Assembly: GCA_035442025.1 (NCBI GenBank)
Contig: DAORPQ010000004.1
Coordinates: forward strand, 14,515 to 78,514
DNA from: Candidatus Competibacter sp.
GTDB lineage: Bacteria; Pseudomonadota; Gammaproteobacteria; Competibacterales; Competibacteraceae
Length of the DNA: 64,000 bases
Reading direction: 5' to 3'
Part shown: piece after piece, positions 14,063 to 24,157 of the stretch
How the letters are laid out: each line of letters starts with the position of its first letter
Position numbering within the stretch: the stretch's first letter is position 1
Notes under the pieces: model-generated
Told to the model about the DNA's origin: nothing
What the model saw: the letters and a program-made list of their open reading frames with translations, nothing else
Databases searched by the model: none
Translations under genes and position numbers: made by a program

Positions 14063-15205
14063 TCAAGACCGCGCGGCGGCCCGCGCGTCCAGCAGCGCGA
14101 TGAAGCGGTCGAACAGCGGCTTCACGTCGTGGGGGCCAGGGCTGGCCTCGGGATGCCCCTGAAAACCGAACGCCGGCCGGTCGGTGCGGGCGATGCCTTG
14201 CAGCGAGCCGTCGAACAAAGACCGGTGGGTGGGGCGCAGAGTCGCCGGCAAGGTCGCTTCGTCCACCGCGAAACCGTGGTTCTGGCTGCTGATCATGACC
14301 TGCCCGCTGTCCAGATCCTGCACCGGATGGTTGCCGCCGTGATGGCCGAATTTCATCTTGACGGTGCGCGCCCCGCTGGCCAGAGCCAGCAACTGATGGC
14401 CGAGACAGATACCGAAAACCGGCACGCCGCTGTCCAGCAGTTCGCGGATGGCGGCGATGGCGTACTCGCAGGGCTCGGGATCGCCGGGGCCGTTGGAGAG
14501 GAACACTCCGTCAGGATTCAGCTTCAAAACCTCGCGCGCCGGCATCCGGGCGGGAACCACGGTGAGCCGGCAGCCGCGCTGCGCCAGCTCGCGCAAGATG
14601 TTGCGCTTGATGCCATAATCGTAGGCGACGACGCGATAGCGCCCCTCGCGCGTCGTCGGGAAGCCATCCGTCGCCAAACGCCAAACCCCTTCATCCCAGT
14701 TGTAAGGCTCGACCACGCTGACCACTTGCGCCAAATCCATCCCTTTCAGGCCGGGAAACGCGCGAGCTTGCCGCAACGCGTGTCCGCTATCGAGCGCATC
14801 ACCGGCCATGATGCAGCCGTTTTGCGCGCCCTTTTCCCGCAACAGCCGGGTCAGCCGGCGGGTATCGATACCGGCCAGCGCAATCACGCCCCGCTCGCGC
14901 AGATACCGATCAAAGGGTTGCCGGCTGCGCCAGTTGCTCGCCAGCGGCGGACAATCCCGCACCACCAAGCCGCCGGCATGAATGCGGGCCGCTTCCTCAT
15001 CGCCCGCATTGCCACCGACGTTGCCGATGTGCGGATAGGTCAGCGTCACGATCTGCCGACAATAAGAAGGGTCGGTCAGGATTTCCTGATAACCGGTGAT
15101 CGAAGTATTGAAAACGACTTCACCCTGGGCGTGGCCATCGGCACCGATGGACTCGCCCCGGAACAGACTACCGTCTTCCAGAGCCAGAAGCGCGGGTTTC
15201 CTCAA
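14063..15205 (-). CDS. carA: Carbamoyl-phosphate synthase small subunit (glutaminase)
   Basis: [21 protein letters not shown] aligns with the CarA N-terminus. TTG at 15205 lies 5 nt after GGAGG; the ORF-track start at 15232 is also TTG. Glutaminase motif GICLGHQ. Confidence 0.93.
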   Translation of the reverse strand: MRKPALLALEDGSLFRGESIGADGHAQGEVVFNTSITGYQEILTDPSYCRQIVTLTYPHIGNVGGNAGDEEAARIHAGGLVVRDCPPLASNWRSRQPFDRYLRERGVIALAGIDTRRLTRLLREKGAQNGCIMAGDALDSGHALRQARAFPGLKGMDLAQVVSVVEPYNWDEGVWRLATDGFPTTREGRYRVVAYDYGIKRNILRELAQRGCRLTVVPARMPAREVLKLNPDGVFLSNGPGDPEPCEYAIAAIRELLDSGVPVFGICLGHQLLALASGARTVKMKFGHHGGNHPVQDLDSGQVMISSQNHGFAVDEATLPATLRPTHRSLFDGSLQGIARTDRPAFGFQGHPEASPGPHDVKPLFDRFIALLDARAAARS

Positions 15206-15357
15206 GGGAGCCTCCAAAACGGACGCGCACAAGAAAGGAGCGGTGGCAATCCGCTCCTCGGACGCAGTGCAAAAGGATGGGTCTAACGAGGCTTCGAGTC
15301 TACCAAATCGCGCCGCCTCGCTCTAGCCATGATGCACGCCGGCGACCGTGAAACATG

Positions 15358-16203
<846 letters not shown>

Positions 16204-16254
16204 TTAGCGAGCAAACCACCCGGCCATTCCGACGCAAAATTCGGAACGCCACAT

Positions 16255-16283
16255 AAAAAAAGGGCTACGCCGCGACGTAACCC
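16255..16283 (-). terminator. Rho-independent terminator downstream of tRNA-Gly
   Basis: Minus strand reads GGGTTACG-TCGCGG-CGTAGCCC (8-bp stem with one G-U pair) followed by TTTTTTT. Confidence 0.7.
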
Positions 16284-16290
16284 TGGAGAT

Positions 16291-16364
16291 TGGAGCGGGT
16301 GATGGGAATCGAACCCACGCCATCAGCTTGGGAAGCTGAGGTTCTACCATTGAACTACACCCGC
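16291..16364 (-). tRNA. tRNA-Gly (anticodon CCC)
   Basis: Reverse complement is GCGGGTG TA GTTC AATGGTA GAAC C TCAGC TTCCCAA GCTGA TGGC GTGGG TTCGATT CCCAT CACCCGC TCCA. This is a 74-nt cloverleaf with anticodon loop TTCCCAA and an encoded CCA. Confidence 0.93.
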
Positions 16365-16440
16365 AATAGGATTCCGCCACATTAACCCAGCCCACTCATT
16401 CGGGCTGGCGGGAGCGGTATCCTAACGATAAAATAGACCT

Positions 16441-16456
16441 GTGGCAAGGCTGCCAC
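16441..16456 (-). terminator. Possible terminator hairpin after the H-NS-like gene
   Basis: GTGGCA-AGGC-TGCCAC hairpin, followed on the minus strand by AGGTCTATTTTATCG. Short stem and weak U tract. Confidence 0.3.
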
Positions 16457-16487
16457 AGCAAAGCGTGGTAAGAAATCCGAGAAAACG

Positions 16488-16820
16488 CTATTCAGGGATG
16501 CGGAATGTTTCTTGGTTTACCCCGTTCTCAAGCGCTTGTTTGAGCCAACCCGGTTTTTTGCCATGGCCCGTCCAGGTTTGTTGGGGGTCGGCAGGGTTAC
16601 GGTACTTGGCCTTGCCGGTGGATTTGCGCTTGCGGCCAGCATATTGCAAGATTTCTTCCGGCTGCATCCCAAGCTGGTTGGCTTTGGCCAGCCATTCGCT
16701 ACGGATCGCCTCTATTTCATCAATCTTCTTGTACTTAATCTCCTCTTCAGCTCTCCTGATCAGGGACTGAAGGTCTTCGATGGAAGAGGATTTAATGATG
16801 TCTTCGATAGAATTGCTCAT
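16488..16820 (-). CDS. H-NS family nucleoid-associated DNA-binding protein
   Basis: C-terminal KYRNPADPQQTWTGHGKKPGWL matches the H-NS-type DNA-binding motif (TWTG-x-G-[RK]-x-P). The N-terminus is coiled-coil-like. ATG at 16820 (MSNSIEDII) is preferred to 16859. Gene and flanks are visibly AT-rich. Confidence 0.8.
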   Translation of the reverse strand: MSNSIEDIIKSSSIEDLQSLIRRAEEEIKYKKIDEIEAIRSEWLAKANQLGMQPEEILQYAGRKRKSTGKAKYRNPADPQQTWTGHGKKPGWLKQALENGVNQETFRIPE

Positions 16821-17051
16821 GATTTTACTTTTGCCGTTGTTAATGTGTGTAGTTTGCAATGTGCGTGAGTGCTTTCACCAGGCTATTGTAGGGCATTTGT
16901 TTTTGCGTTCGCAATTGCTTCGTGCATCTTTCGATTCGACAAACTCGCCAGGAATCGTAAAACGATCCTTGATAATACCGATAGCCACACCGCACAGTAC
17001 CATAAACCCTGCTGGGAAACGCGCTTACTCGCGGTCAAAGCAATATAAATC

Positions 17052-17762
17052 ATGATTTTATATAATAACCCCAGGATCGCCGACCATCTGCCGCACCGCA
17101 TCAAAAGCTTTGTGCGGCGCGAGGGGCGCATTACCAACGCCCAACGCCGAGCTTTTCACCAATTATGGGAGCGTTTCGGTATAGAGATTTCTTTATCCCC
17201 TATCGAGCCGGCGAAACTGTTTGGCCGCCATGCCTCACTGATATTGGAAATCGGTTTTGGTGATGGCGAATCTTTAGCCGCTACCTGCGCCACCAATCCC
17301 GAGATGGATTTCCTCGGGATAGAAGTGTATCGTCCGGGGGTCGGGCACTTGTTGCTGCGCGCCGCCGAGCTGGAATTGCGCAATCTAAAAGTTATTTGCT
17401 TCGACGCCGTGGAAATACTGGAGCGACATTTGCCAGAGTCTTGTTTGGACCGCGTCCAGATTTTCTTTCCCGATCCCTGGCCCAAACCCCGCCACCACAA
17501 GCGCCGCCTTATCCAGCCGGCGTTCGCTTCCTTATTGGCCCGCAAGCTTAAAGCTGCCGGAGTGCTACATATCGCCACTGACTGCGAAAGCTACGCGCGC
17601 GCCGCCTCGAAAATCCTGGTCGCCATCCCCGAATTGAAAAACATGGCGGCCGATAGTGGATATATCTCGGCTCCGCCTTATCGACCTCCGACGAAATTCG
17701 AGCAACGGGCTAAAGGCTCGGGACATCCTGTGTGGGAAATACTGTTTTTAAAGCCTATCTAA
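17052..17762 (+). CDS. trmB: tRNA (guanine46-N7)-methyltransferase TrmB
   Basis: 236 aa. IKSFVRREGRITNAQRRA, LEIGFGDGESL, IFFPDPWPKPRHHKRRL, HIATD. Confidence 0.93.
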   Translation: MILYNNPRIADHLPHRIKSFVRREGRITNAQRRAFHQLWERFGIEISLSPIEPAKLFGRHASLILEIGFGDGESLAATCATNPEMDFLGIEVYRPGVGHLLLRAAELELRNLKVICFDAVEILERHLPESCLDRVQIFFPDPWPKPRHHKRRLIQPAFASLLARKLKAAGVLHIATDCESYARAASKILVAIPELKNMAADSGYISAPPYRPPTKFEQRAKGSGHPVWEILFLKPI

Positions 17763-18062
17763 TGGTCAAAAAATGATCGCTCGGCGGCGAATGCGCGGTG
17801 AAGGCTTAGCAAGCTCTTTTAAATACGGCCGCTGGCGCTCGGCCATTTGCCTCTCTCCGCCGACGCCCGACAGGCGTGCGGGCGGCCGCTTTCACGGCAA
17901 TCGGTCAACGCAAGCTTTTTTCTATAAAGAACGCTGGCCGATCAGCAAGTTTTTGTCCAAAATTAATGACTATCGCATCAAGCAAGTAGAATGGCCGGGC
18001 TTTTATCTCTAGCACAGCGGGATAACCAAGCCCGAATTTCAGTCGGCGACGAGGTCAAACAG

Positions 18063-20072
18063 ATGTTTTTTGGAATTTTTTTTGGGAACGCCCGCATGTG
18101 GGAGCCGCGCTCCTGGATACTGGGCGCAGCCTTGGGATTACTGGCGATGGACTCCGTTCTGGCCCAGGAAGGCTGGGGCGCGTTTGGAGGGCCTGAGGTC
18201 GCCGCCCGAGCCGTCGTGCTGATGAATGCCAACACGGGCGAAATCCTCTTCGCCAAAGAGCCCCATCTGCGCCTGCCGCCCGCCAGCACCACCAAGGTCC
18301 TGACCGCGCTGGTCGCCATGGAGCGTCTCGACCCGAATGCTCGGGTGCAGGCCAGCGCGCAAGCCGCCAGCACCGTGCCTAGCCGCATTGGCTTGCACGC
18401 CGGCGAGATGGCCTCGACCCATGATTTGCTGTACGGCTTGATGCTGAAATCGGGTAATGACGCCGCCGAAACTCTGGCCGAAGCCGCCGGCGGTTCGGTT
18501 TATGGCTTTGCCAGCTTGATGAACAGCAAGGCCTGGAGCCTCGGGGCGCGCAACAGCCACTTCATGAACCCGCACGGCCTGCCCGACGAGGATCATTATT
18601 CGACAGCCTACGATCTGGCGCTGATTTTCCGCCACGCCATGAACTACCCGATGTTTGCCGACATCGTCCGCACCCGCAGCGCGGTGTTGCGCATCGATTC
18701 CGGGCAAGGCCCTTACAACGATTCGCGGCTGGTGCCGGTGATGAATCACAACCGGTTGCTGGCCACTTACGAAGGCGCGCGCGGCGGTAAGACCGGTTTT
18801 ACGCTCAAGGCGCGCCGTTGTTTCGTCGGCGAAGTCGATCGCGGCGGCGTCCGTCTGATCGTTTCGCTATTGGGCAGCCCCAGCAGTGGAACCTTGTGGC
18901 AGGATGCCCATACCTTGCTCGACTACGGGTTTGCCCGCTACGGCTTGGCGCCGCCCGTCCCGGTGCAGCCGGTGACCGAGCCGCAGCCCATCATGGTCCG
19001 TCGCACGCCCGTCATCACGCCCGACGCGGAACGCTTGGCCATGCTACAACCGGAGCTTGAAGAAGATGAGCCCGAACCGTTGATGGGGCGAACCTTATCG
19101 GCGGCAGCCCCGACACCTAACCGTACCTGGGCGGCCCCCACCGCAACGGCCGATCGCGCCACAACCCGACGCGCACCGGTCTCGTCTCCGAATTCAGCCT
19201 TGGCGACCAGAATCCAACCGACGGTCGAAGAGGCTGAGCTAGAGTCGATCAAGCCCAAACCCGCTCTCGCCGCCACCGCGCCACCTCCCAAACCAGCGGC
19301 CCAGGCCCAAGCGGCGGCCGAGGCGGATGAACTGGAACCGATCAAGGCCAGGCCCGCTCTCGCCGCCGCCACTCCTCCGCCTCCAAAACGCGAGGCTATG
19401 GCTCAATCGACGACCAAAGAGGATGAAGCGGAACTGACCTCGTTCCGACGCCCGCCCGCCACGACCGACGCCCCGAACTCGGAGCGCACCGCCATGATCC
19501 GATGGTCGGCTGAGGAAGAGGAGCCGGAACCCGTCAAGGCCCGGCGTGAGCCTGTCGCCACCCCGCCGATTTTCGACCGCCCGGCCATCATGCGGCAGGC
19601 ATCGGCCGAAGACGACTACACTCCCAGTCGCACCAAACTGAAAGCTCGGCCAGCGTCATCGAAAGCGGCGGCTCCGGGCAAGCCAGCCAATCCCAGCAAG
19701 CTGGCTGCCGCCGGCAAGCCAGCCAGCCCCGTCAAACCGGCCGTTTCCGACAGTCCAGCCAGCCCCGTCAAACCGGCGGCGGCTCCAGGTAAGTCGGCGG
19801 GCTCGACCAAACCGATCGGCGCGACCGGCAAGGAAAAAGGTCTTGCTGACAGCCGCTCCTCCACCTTGAAGGCTCCGCTGGCAGCCGGCAAAACCAAAGC
19901 CAACGGGGCCGGAGCACCCGCCCTCAAGGGCAGTAAAACTATCGCATCGACTAAACCGGTAGCTCCCGTCACCGTAAAACCGGATAAACGCGCGGCAGCC
20001 CCCAAGGTTATTGCGCGAGTCGAACCGACCAGCCCCAAGCTTCCGCAGAAAGGCGTCAAGCGGCGGATCTAA
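18063..20072 (+). CDS. D-alanyl-D-alanine carboxypeptidase (S11, PBP5/6-like catalytic domain) with a long Pro/Ala/Lys-rich C-terminal extension
   Basis: SxxK (ASTTK), SxN (KSGND) and KTG (GGKTGFT) motifs are present. ATG at 18063 lies 8 nt after GAGG and gives a signal-peptide-like N-terminus. Residues after about ...YGFARYGLAPP are low-complexity repeats through to the stop. Confidence 0.85.
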   Translation: MFFGIFFGNARMWEPRSWILGAALGLLAMDSVLAQEGWGAFGGPEVAARAVVLMNANTGEILFAKEPHLRLPPASTTKVLTALVAMERLDPNARVQASAQAASTVPSRIGLHAGEMASTHDLLYGLMLKSGNDAAETLAEAAGGSVYGFASLMNSKAWSLGARNSHFMNPHGLPDEDHYSTAYDLALIFRHAMNYPMFADIVRTRSAVLRIDSGQGPYNDSRLVPVMNHNRLLATYEGARGGKTGFTLKARRCFVGEVDRGGVRLIVSLLGSPSSGTLWQDAHTLLDYGFARYGLAPPVPVQPVTEPQPIMVRRTPVITPDAERLAMLQPELEEDEPEPLMGRTLSAAAPTPNRTWAAPTATADRATTRRAPVSSPNSALATRIQPTVEEAELESIKPKPALAATAPPPKPAAQAQAAAEADELEPIKARPALAAATPPPPKREAMAQSTTKEDEAELTSFRRPPATTDAPNSERTAMIRWSAEEEEPEPVKARREPVATPPIFDRPAIMRQASAEDDYTPSRTKLKARPASSKAAAPGKPANPSKLAAAGKPASPVKPAVSDSPASPVKPAAAPGKSAGSTKPIGATGKEKGLADSRSSTLKAPLAAGKTKANGAGAPALKGSKTIASTKPVAPVTVKPDKRAAAPKVIARVEPTSPKLPQKGVKRRI

Positions 20073-20102
20073 TCTTTATCCGGCGATCCCGCCCACCCCG
20101 TT

Positions 20103-20133
20103 AAAAAAGGCGATTCAACGGAATCGCCTTTTT
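20103..20133. terminator. Bidirectional rho-independent terminator between convergent dac-like and gltA genes
   Basis: AAAAAA-GGCGATTC-AACG-GAATCGCC-TTTTT. Perfect 8-bp stem with a U tract on both strands. Confidence 0.85.
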
Positions 20134-20170
20134 CAGCGGCCCCACCAGCCGGCCAGAGTCTCGCCCTCCG

Positions 20171-21457
20171 TTACGCACGCTCGCGCAACAGCGGCACGTC
20201 CCGGCGGGCTTCACCGACGTACAGCTGTCGCGGACGACCGATTTTCTGGTCTTTTTCAGTGATCATCTCGATCCAGTGGCTGATCCAGCCCGCGGCCCGC
20301 GCGATGGCGAACATCACGGTAAACATCTCGACCGGAATCTTCAGCGCGCTGTAGATGATGCCCGAGTAAAAATCCACGTTGGGATACAGCTTGCGCTCGA
20401 TGAAATAGGGATCGCTCAGGGCGATTTCTTCCAAGCGCATGGCCAAATCGAGGCGCGGATCGTGCCCGAAGCTTTCCAAGACTTCATGACAGATATCCTT
20501 GATGATCCGCGCGCGCGGATCGAAATTCTTGTAAACGCGGTGACCGAAGCCCATCAGGCGCACGCCGCTGCTCTTGTCCTTGACCTTGGCGATGAAGCCG
20601 TCGATATTCGATACTTGACCGATTTCATCCAACATGCGAATCACCGCCTCGTTGGCGCCACCGTGCGCCGGACCCCACAGGCAGGCGATGCCCGCGGCGA
20701 TCGCCGCATAAGGGTTGGTGCCGGAAGAACCCACCAGCCGGACTGTCGAGGTGGAGGCATTCTGCTCGTGATCGGCATGGAGGGTGAACAGCACATCCAG
20801 AGCCCGCTCCGCCACCGGGTTTATCTCGTAACGCTTGCCGGGCAAGCTGAACATCATGTACAGCAAATTGCCGGTGTAACTCAGATCGTCGCGCGGATAA
20901 ATCGACGGATCGCCGATGCTGTGTTTGTAGCAGGCGGCGGCGATGGTCGGCATCTTGGCGATCAGCCGGCGGGCGGTCACCATGCGGTCTTCATCGTCCT
21001 GAATGTCGAGCCGATCGTGAAAGAATGCAGAAAGCGAACTGACCACGGCCGTCATCATCGCCATGGGGTGCGCGTCGTAATTGAAGCCGTGGAAAAAGCG
21101 GCGGAGATTTTCCCTAATCCGGTTGTGGCGGGTGATACTGGTCTCGAAAACCTGTTTTTTTTCAGCGTTGGGTAAATCCCCGTAGAGCAGCAAATAACAG
21201 ACTTCCAGAAAATTGCATTTCTGGGCCAGTTGCTCGATCGGATAACCGCGATACAGCAGCTCGCCCCTGTCACCATCCAGGTAAGTAATGGTGCTCTGAC
21301 AACTGGCCGTCGACATGAAACCCGGATCGTAGGTGAAATAGCCGAACTCTTTGGCCAGCCTGCCGATATCGACCACGGGAGAGCCATAAATCGGTTCCAA
21401 AACCGGCATTTGCACCGTTTTTCCAGTGACTTCATCTTTAAAGGTGATCGTTGTCAT
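20171..21457 (-). CDS. gltA: Citrate synthase (type II)
   Basis: [22 protein letters not shown]...; [31 protein letters not shown] at 21457 is preferred to the ORF start at 21535. Confidence 0.95.
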   Translation of the reverse strand: MTTITFKDEVTGKTVQMPVLEPIYGSPVVDIGRLAKEFGYFTYDPGFMSTASCQSTITYLDGDRGELLYRGYPIEQLAQKCNFLEVCYLLLYGDLPNAEKKQVFETSITRHNRIRENLRRFFHGFNYDAHPMAMMTAVVSSLSAFFHDRLDIQDDEDRMVTARRLIAKMPTIAAACYKHSIGDPSIYPRDDLSYTGNLLYMMFSLPGKRYEINPVAERALDVLFTLHADHEQNASTSTVRLVGSSGTNPYAAIAAGIACLWGPAHGGANEAVIRMLDEIGQVSNIDGFIAKVKDKSSGVRLMGFGHRVYKNFDPRARIIKDICHEVLESFGHDPRLDLAMRLEEIALSDPYFIERKLYPNVDFYSGIIYSALKIPVEMFTVMFAIARAAGWISHWIEMITEKDQKIGRPRQLYVGEARRDVPLLRERA

Positions 21458-21790
21458 AGTTAGTGCCTCAAAGGTCGGCCGGTGAATCGGAGCGAGCCAG
21501 CAGCGCGCGAGCTTGGGCGAACGAACCCACCCCAACGGCTGTTAAGCGCTTTAAACCATTTTTTCAATATGGAGAATCGAGATTTTAACAGAAGCTGTTG
21601 CACTGCAAAATATTCTTGGAGCGGGCCGCATCTAGCCGTCCGGTTACCTGGACCGTCATCAGCTGCGGGCAGCCGCCTTCAAGGCGCTGGGTGTATCCAT
21701 CACCGCCAACCGGCGCTGTTGGATGGGAAGGATCGGCTGGATGCCTCGCCTCCTGGATGAGCCGCACCGAAGGGCCATGGATGTTGCGAT

Positions 21791-21824
21791 GCAGCAATGG
21801 TTGCTGTATATTGCATTGCAGCAA
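21791..21824 (+). promoter_or_regulatory. TGC-rich inverted repeats just upstream of the phasin-like gene (candidate operator)
   Basis: GCAGCAA-tgg-TTGCTG (21791-21806) followed by TTGCATTGCAGCAA (21811-21824). A related palindrome TTGCA-C-TGCAA lies at 21598-21608. RBS AAGGAG is at 21829-21834. Confidence 0.35.
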
Positions 21825-21840
21825 TTTCAAGGAGCGCGCT

Positions 21841-22191
21841 GTGATCGCAACCCCATTCAAACTACTGGAAGCCTCTCGAATGCTGGCGGAACCCTTGGTC
21901 AGGCTCAATCGAGCGGCAGCGGCGAATGCCGAAAACATGGTGGCTTTCCAGATGAGCGCCTTGAACTCCTACCTGACAATCAGCCTCAACCAGCTGAAAG
22001 CCGCCGCCGAAATCACCGATATCGCCAGCTTGCAGGATTTTTGCCAGCGCCAAACGGAGATCGCCAAAACCGTCCAGCAAAAGCTGTTGAGTGACGCCAG
22101 GGCCATCTCGGGCATCGACGGCTGGTTTACGGCCGAAATGGATGATCTCGCGCTAACCGTGCTAGATGAGCTACTACCCAAAGCCGTCTGA
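21841..22191 (+). CDS. Phasin-family (PHA granule-associated) protein, putative
   Basis: GTG at 21841 lies 6 nt after AAGGAG and is in frame with ORF 21598-22191. The 116-aa helical protein (LNRAAAANAENMVAFQMSALNSYLTISLNQLKAAAEITDIASLQDFCQRQTEIAKTVQQKLL) resembles Phasin_2-type proteins by eye only. Confidence 0.55.
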   Translation: MIATPFKLLEASRMLAEPLVRLNRAAAANAENMVAFQMSALNSYLTISLNQLKAAAEITDIASLQDFCQRQTEIAKTVQQKLLSDARAISGIDGWFTAEMDDLALTVLDELLPKAV

Positions 22192-22261
22192 AACTTGGAG
22201 ACGCTGCCGCTGATCCGCCACCGTTGCGGGTCCTTGGATCATCAACACCTTTGAGCGCGAG

Positions 22262-23065
22262 TTGCACCAGTCTATCGTTGTCGGTGTTTTCGCCGCATCT
22301 CCCTCGCTCGAACACCCCGCCGCCATCTTGGCCACCGAGCTGGGGCTACCGCTGGCCAGCGCCGCCGGTGCGGCCAGCTACACGCACGGCCTTTATTTGA
22401 CCCTCGACCGGTTGGAATTACGGGAACTGGCACGCGGCGGTTCCGGGCCAATCTACGCCGATTTTGTTCTGGGGCAAGCCGCCCACCGGCGCCGCTTCGG
22501 CGGCGGACGCGGCCAGCCGCTGGCCAGGGCGGTCGGACTCAAGGCTAACACCGCCCCGACCGTCATCGACGCCACGGCCGGCCTGGGTCGCGATGCCTTC
22601 GTCCTGGCCAGTCTGGGTTGCACCGTCTCTTTGCTGGAGCGGTCGCCGATCATCGCGGCGTTGTTGCGCGACGGGCTGGCGCGCGCCGCGCGAGATCGGG
22701 AGATCGGGCTTTGGGTTCGGCAACGGCTGCATCTGCTCGGAGCGGATAGCCGGGATTACTTGCCGAAACTTTTGGCGGAACAGCGCCCTGACGTGGTTTA
22801 CTTGGACCCGATGTACCCGCATCGCCAGAAAACGGCCCTGGTCAAAAAGGAGCTGCGCTTGCTGCGGGCGCTGGTCGGTGACGACCAAGACGCCGCCAGC
22901 TTACTGGCCACCGCGCTGGTCTGCGCCCGGCGGCGGGTCGTGGTAAAAAGACCCCGCCGGGCCCCAACCCTGTCAGGTCCGACGCCGGATTTTCAAAGCT
23001 GCGCGCCGAACACCCGCTTCGACATCTACCTCATCAAGCCCCCGTCAGGATGCGCGCTGGTTTGA
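22262..23065 (+). CDS. rsmJ: 16S rRNA (guanine1516-N2)-methyltransferase RsmJ
   Basis: 267 aa. VIDATAGLGRDAFVLASLGCTVSLLERSP, VVYLDPMYPHRQKTALVKKELRLLRALVG. Confidence 0.85.
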   Translation: MHQSIVVGVFAASPSLEHPAAILATELGLPLASAAGAASYTHGLYLTLDRLELRELARGGSGPIYADFVLGQAAHRRRFGGGRGQPLARAVGLKANTAPTVIDATAGLGRDAFVLASLGCTVSLLERSPIIAALLRDGLARAARDREIGLWVRQRLHLLGADSRDYLPKLLAEQRPDVVYLDPMYPHRQKTALVKKELRLLRALVGDDQDAASLLATALVCARRRVVVKRPRRAPTLSGPTPDFQSCAPNTRFDIYLIKPPSGCALV

Positions 23066-23077
23066 CGACAGAGCGTT

Positions 23078-24157
23078 TTACCGCGCTGCCTGGGGCAACG
23101 CCCCCCTTGGAGCCGACACCGGGCCAGGGAGCGGATTCGGGAGCTCCACCGCATCACCGCCAAACCGTCTGACCACGGAGTTTTGGCCGTTATTCCCCGC
23201 CGGATCGATCCAGCGAGATGCCCACAGCGGCGGGCTTACCGGCGGCGCGGAAGCCGCGAACGGAGCCCGAGCCAACGGCGCGGGTCGGGCCACGGACACC
23301 ACCGGCGGATGCGACAGTTGGCCGTAGGCGCGGGTAATTTTCTCGACATAGGCGCGCGTTTCGGCGTAAGGGGGGACTCCGCCGTAACGCAACACCGCCC
23401 CTTCCCCGGCGTTATAGCCGGCCAGCGTCAGCCGGACATCTCCGCGAAAATAAGCCAACAACCACCGTAAATAGGCCATGCCGCCGTGCAGGTTTTGTAC
23501 CGGGTCATAGGGATCCTGCACGCCGAAGCGCTGGGCGGTCTTGGGGATCAGTTGCATCAAACCCTGGGCCTCCTTGACCGAGCGCGCTTGCGTGTTGAAG
23601 CCGGATTCCGCCTCGATCACCGCCAGCACCAAGGACGGTTGCAAGCCATAGTTCGGCGCCAGGCGCGCCACCATCGCCTCGACCTGCGCCCGCTTCGGCG
23701 AAGGAGGGCCGCGCCGGACGGCGGCGAGTTGCAAAGGCGGCGGCGGCCTGCGGGTCGGATCGATCGGCTCAACGCAGAGCGCCCGCTTGGTTTTGGCCGG
23801 ACCTCCCAACCGCGCCAGCATCCGCTGCGACGGAACATCGCCCTTCGACGCCGCCAGCCGAAACCACGCCGCGGCTTGCGCGTCATCGCGGGCCACGCCG
23901 CGGCCGTTGGCGAACATCCAGCCCAGCTGATATTGCGCGGGCGCGTGGCCGCGCCGGGCCGCCGCGCAGTAGAGCTGCATCGCGCGGCCGTAATCCTGGG
24001 CGACGCCCTCGCCATGCTCGTAGCGCGCCGCCCATTCGGTCTGGGCCAGAGGCGCTCCCTTGATCAGCCTGAGCCAATCCGGGCCTGAAGCGGCGCTCTG
24101 TACGGCGGCGCTGTAGAGGCCCGCCATGCCAACCACGAGAAAATAATGTAACTTCAT
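23078..24157 (-). CDS. Sel1-repeat / SLT-domain lytic murein transglycosylase, secreted
   Basis: Signal peptide MKLHYFLVVGMAGLYSAAVQSAAS (ATG at 24157 after GAGGGG). Sel1-like repeats (YEHGEGVAQDYGRAMQLYCAAARRGHAPAQYQLGWMFANGRGVARD). SLT motifs (IEAESGFN, GLMQLIP, YNAG). Pro-rich C-terminus. Confidence 0.8.
   Translation of the reverse strand: MKLHYFLVVGMAGLYSAAVQSAASGPDWLRLIKGAPLAQTEWAARYEHGEGVAQDYGRAMQLYCAAARRGHAPAQYQLGWMFANGRGVARDDAQAAAWFRLAASKGDVPSQRMLARLGGPAKTKRALCVEPIDPTRRPPPPLQLAAVRRGPPSPKRAQVEAMVARLAPNYGLQPSLVLAVIEAESGFNTQARSVKEAQGLMQLIPKTAQRFGVQDPYDPVQNLHGGMAYLRWLLAYFRGDVRLTLAGYNAGEGAVLRYGGVPPYAETRAYVEKITRAYGQLSHPPVVSVARPAPLARAPFAASAPPVSPPLWASRWIDPAGNNGQNSVVRRFGGDAVELPNPLPGPVSAPRGALPQAAR

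Noticed and set aside
16255-17051. tRNA-Gly plus AT-rich H-NS region as the edge of an integrated genomic island
   Set aside because: No integrase, no direct repeat of the tRNA 3' end was noticed, and the DNA on the tRNA 3' side is core (dapB, carAB). The AT-rich stretch is only about 600 bp and is explained by the H-NS-like gene and its promoter.
17773-18012. 79-aa ORF between trmB and the DD-carboxypeptidase gene
   Set aside because: No RBS, an implausible Arg-rich composition and no motif. The region is better explained as the promoter/leader of the dac-like gene.
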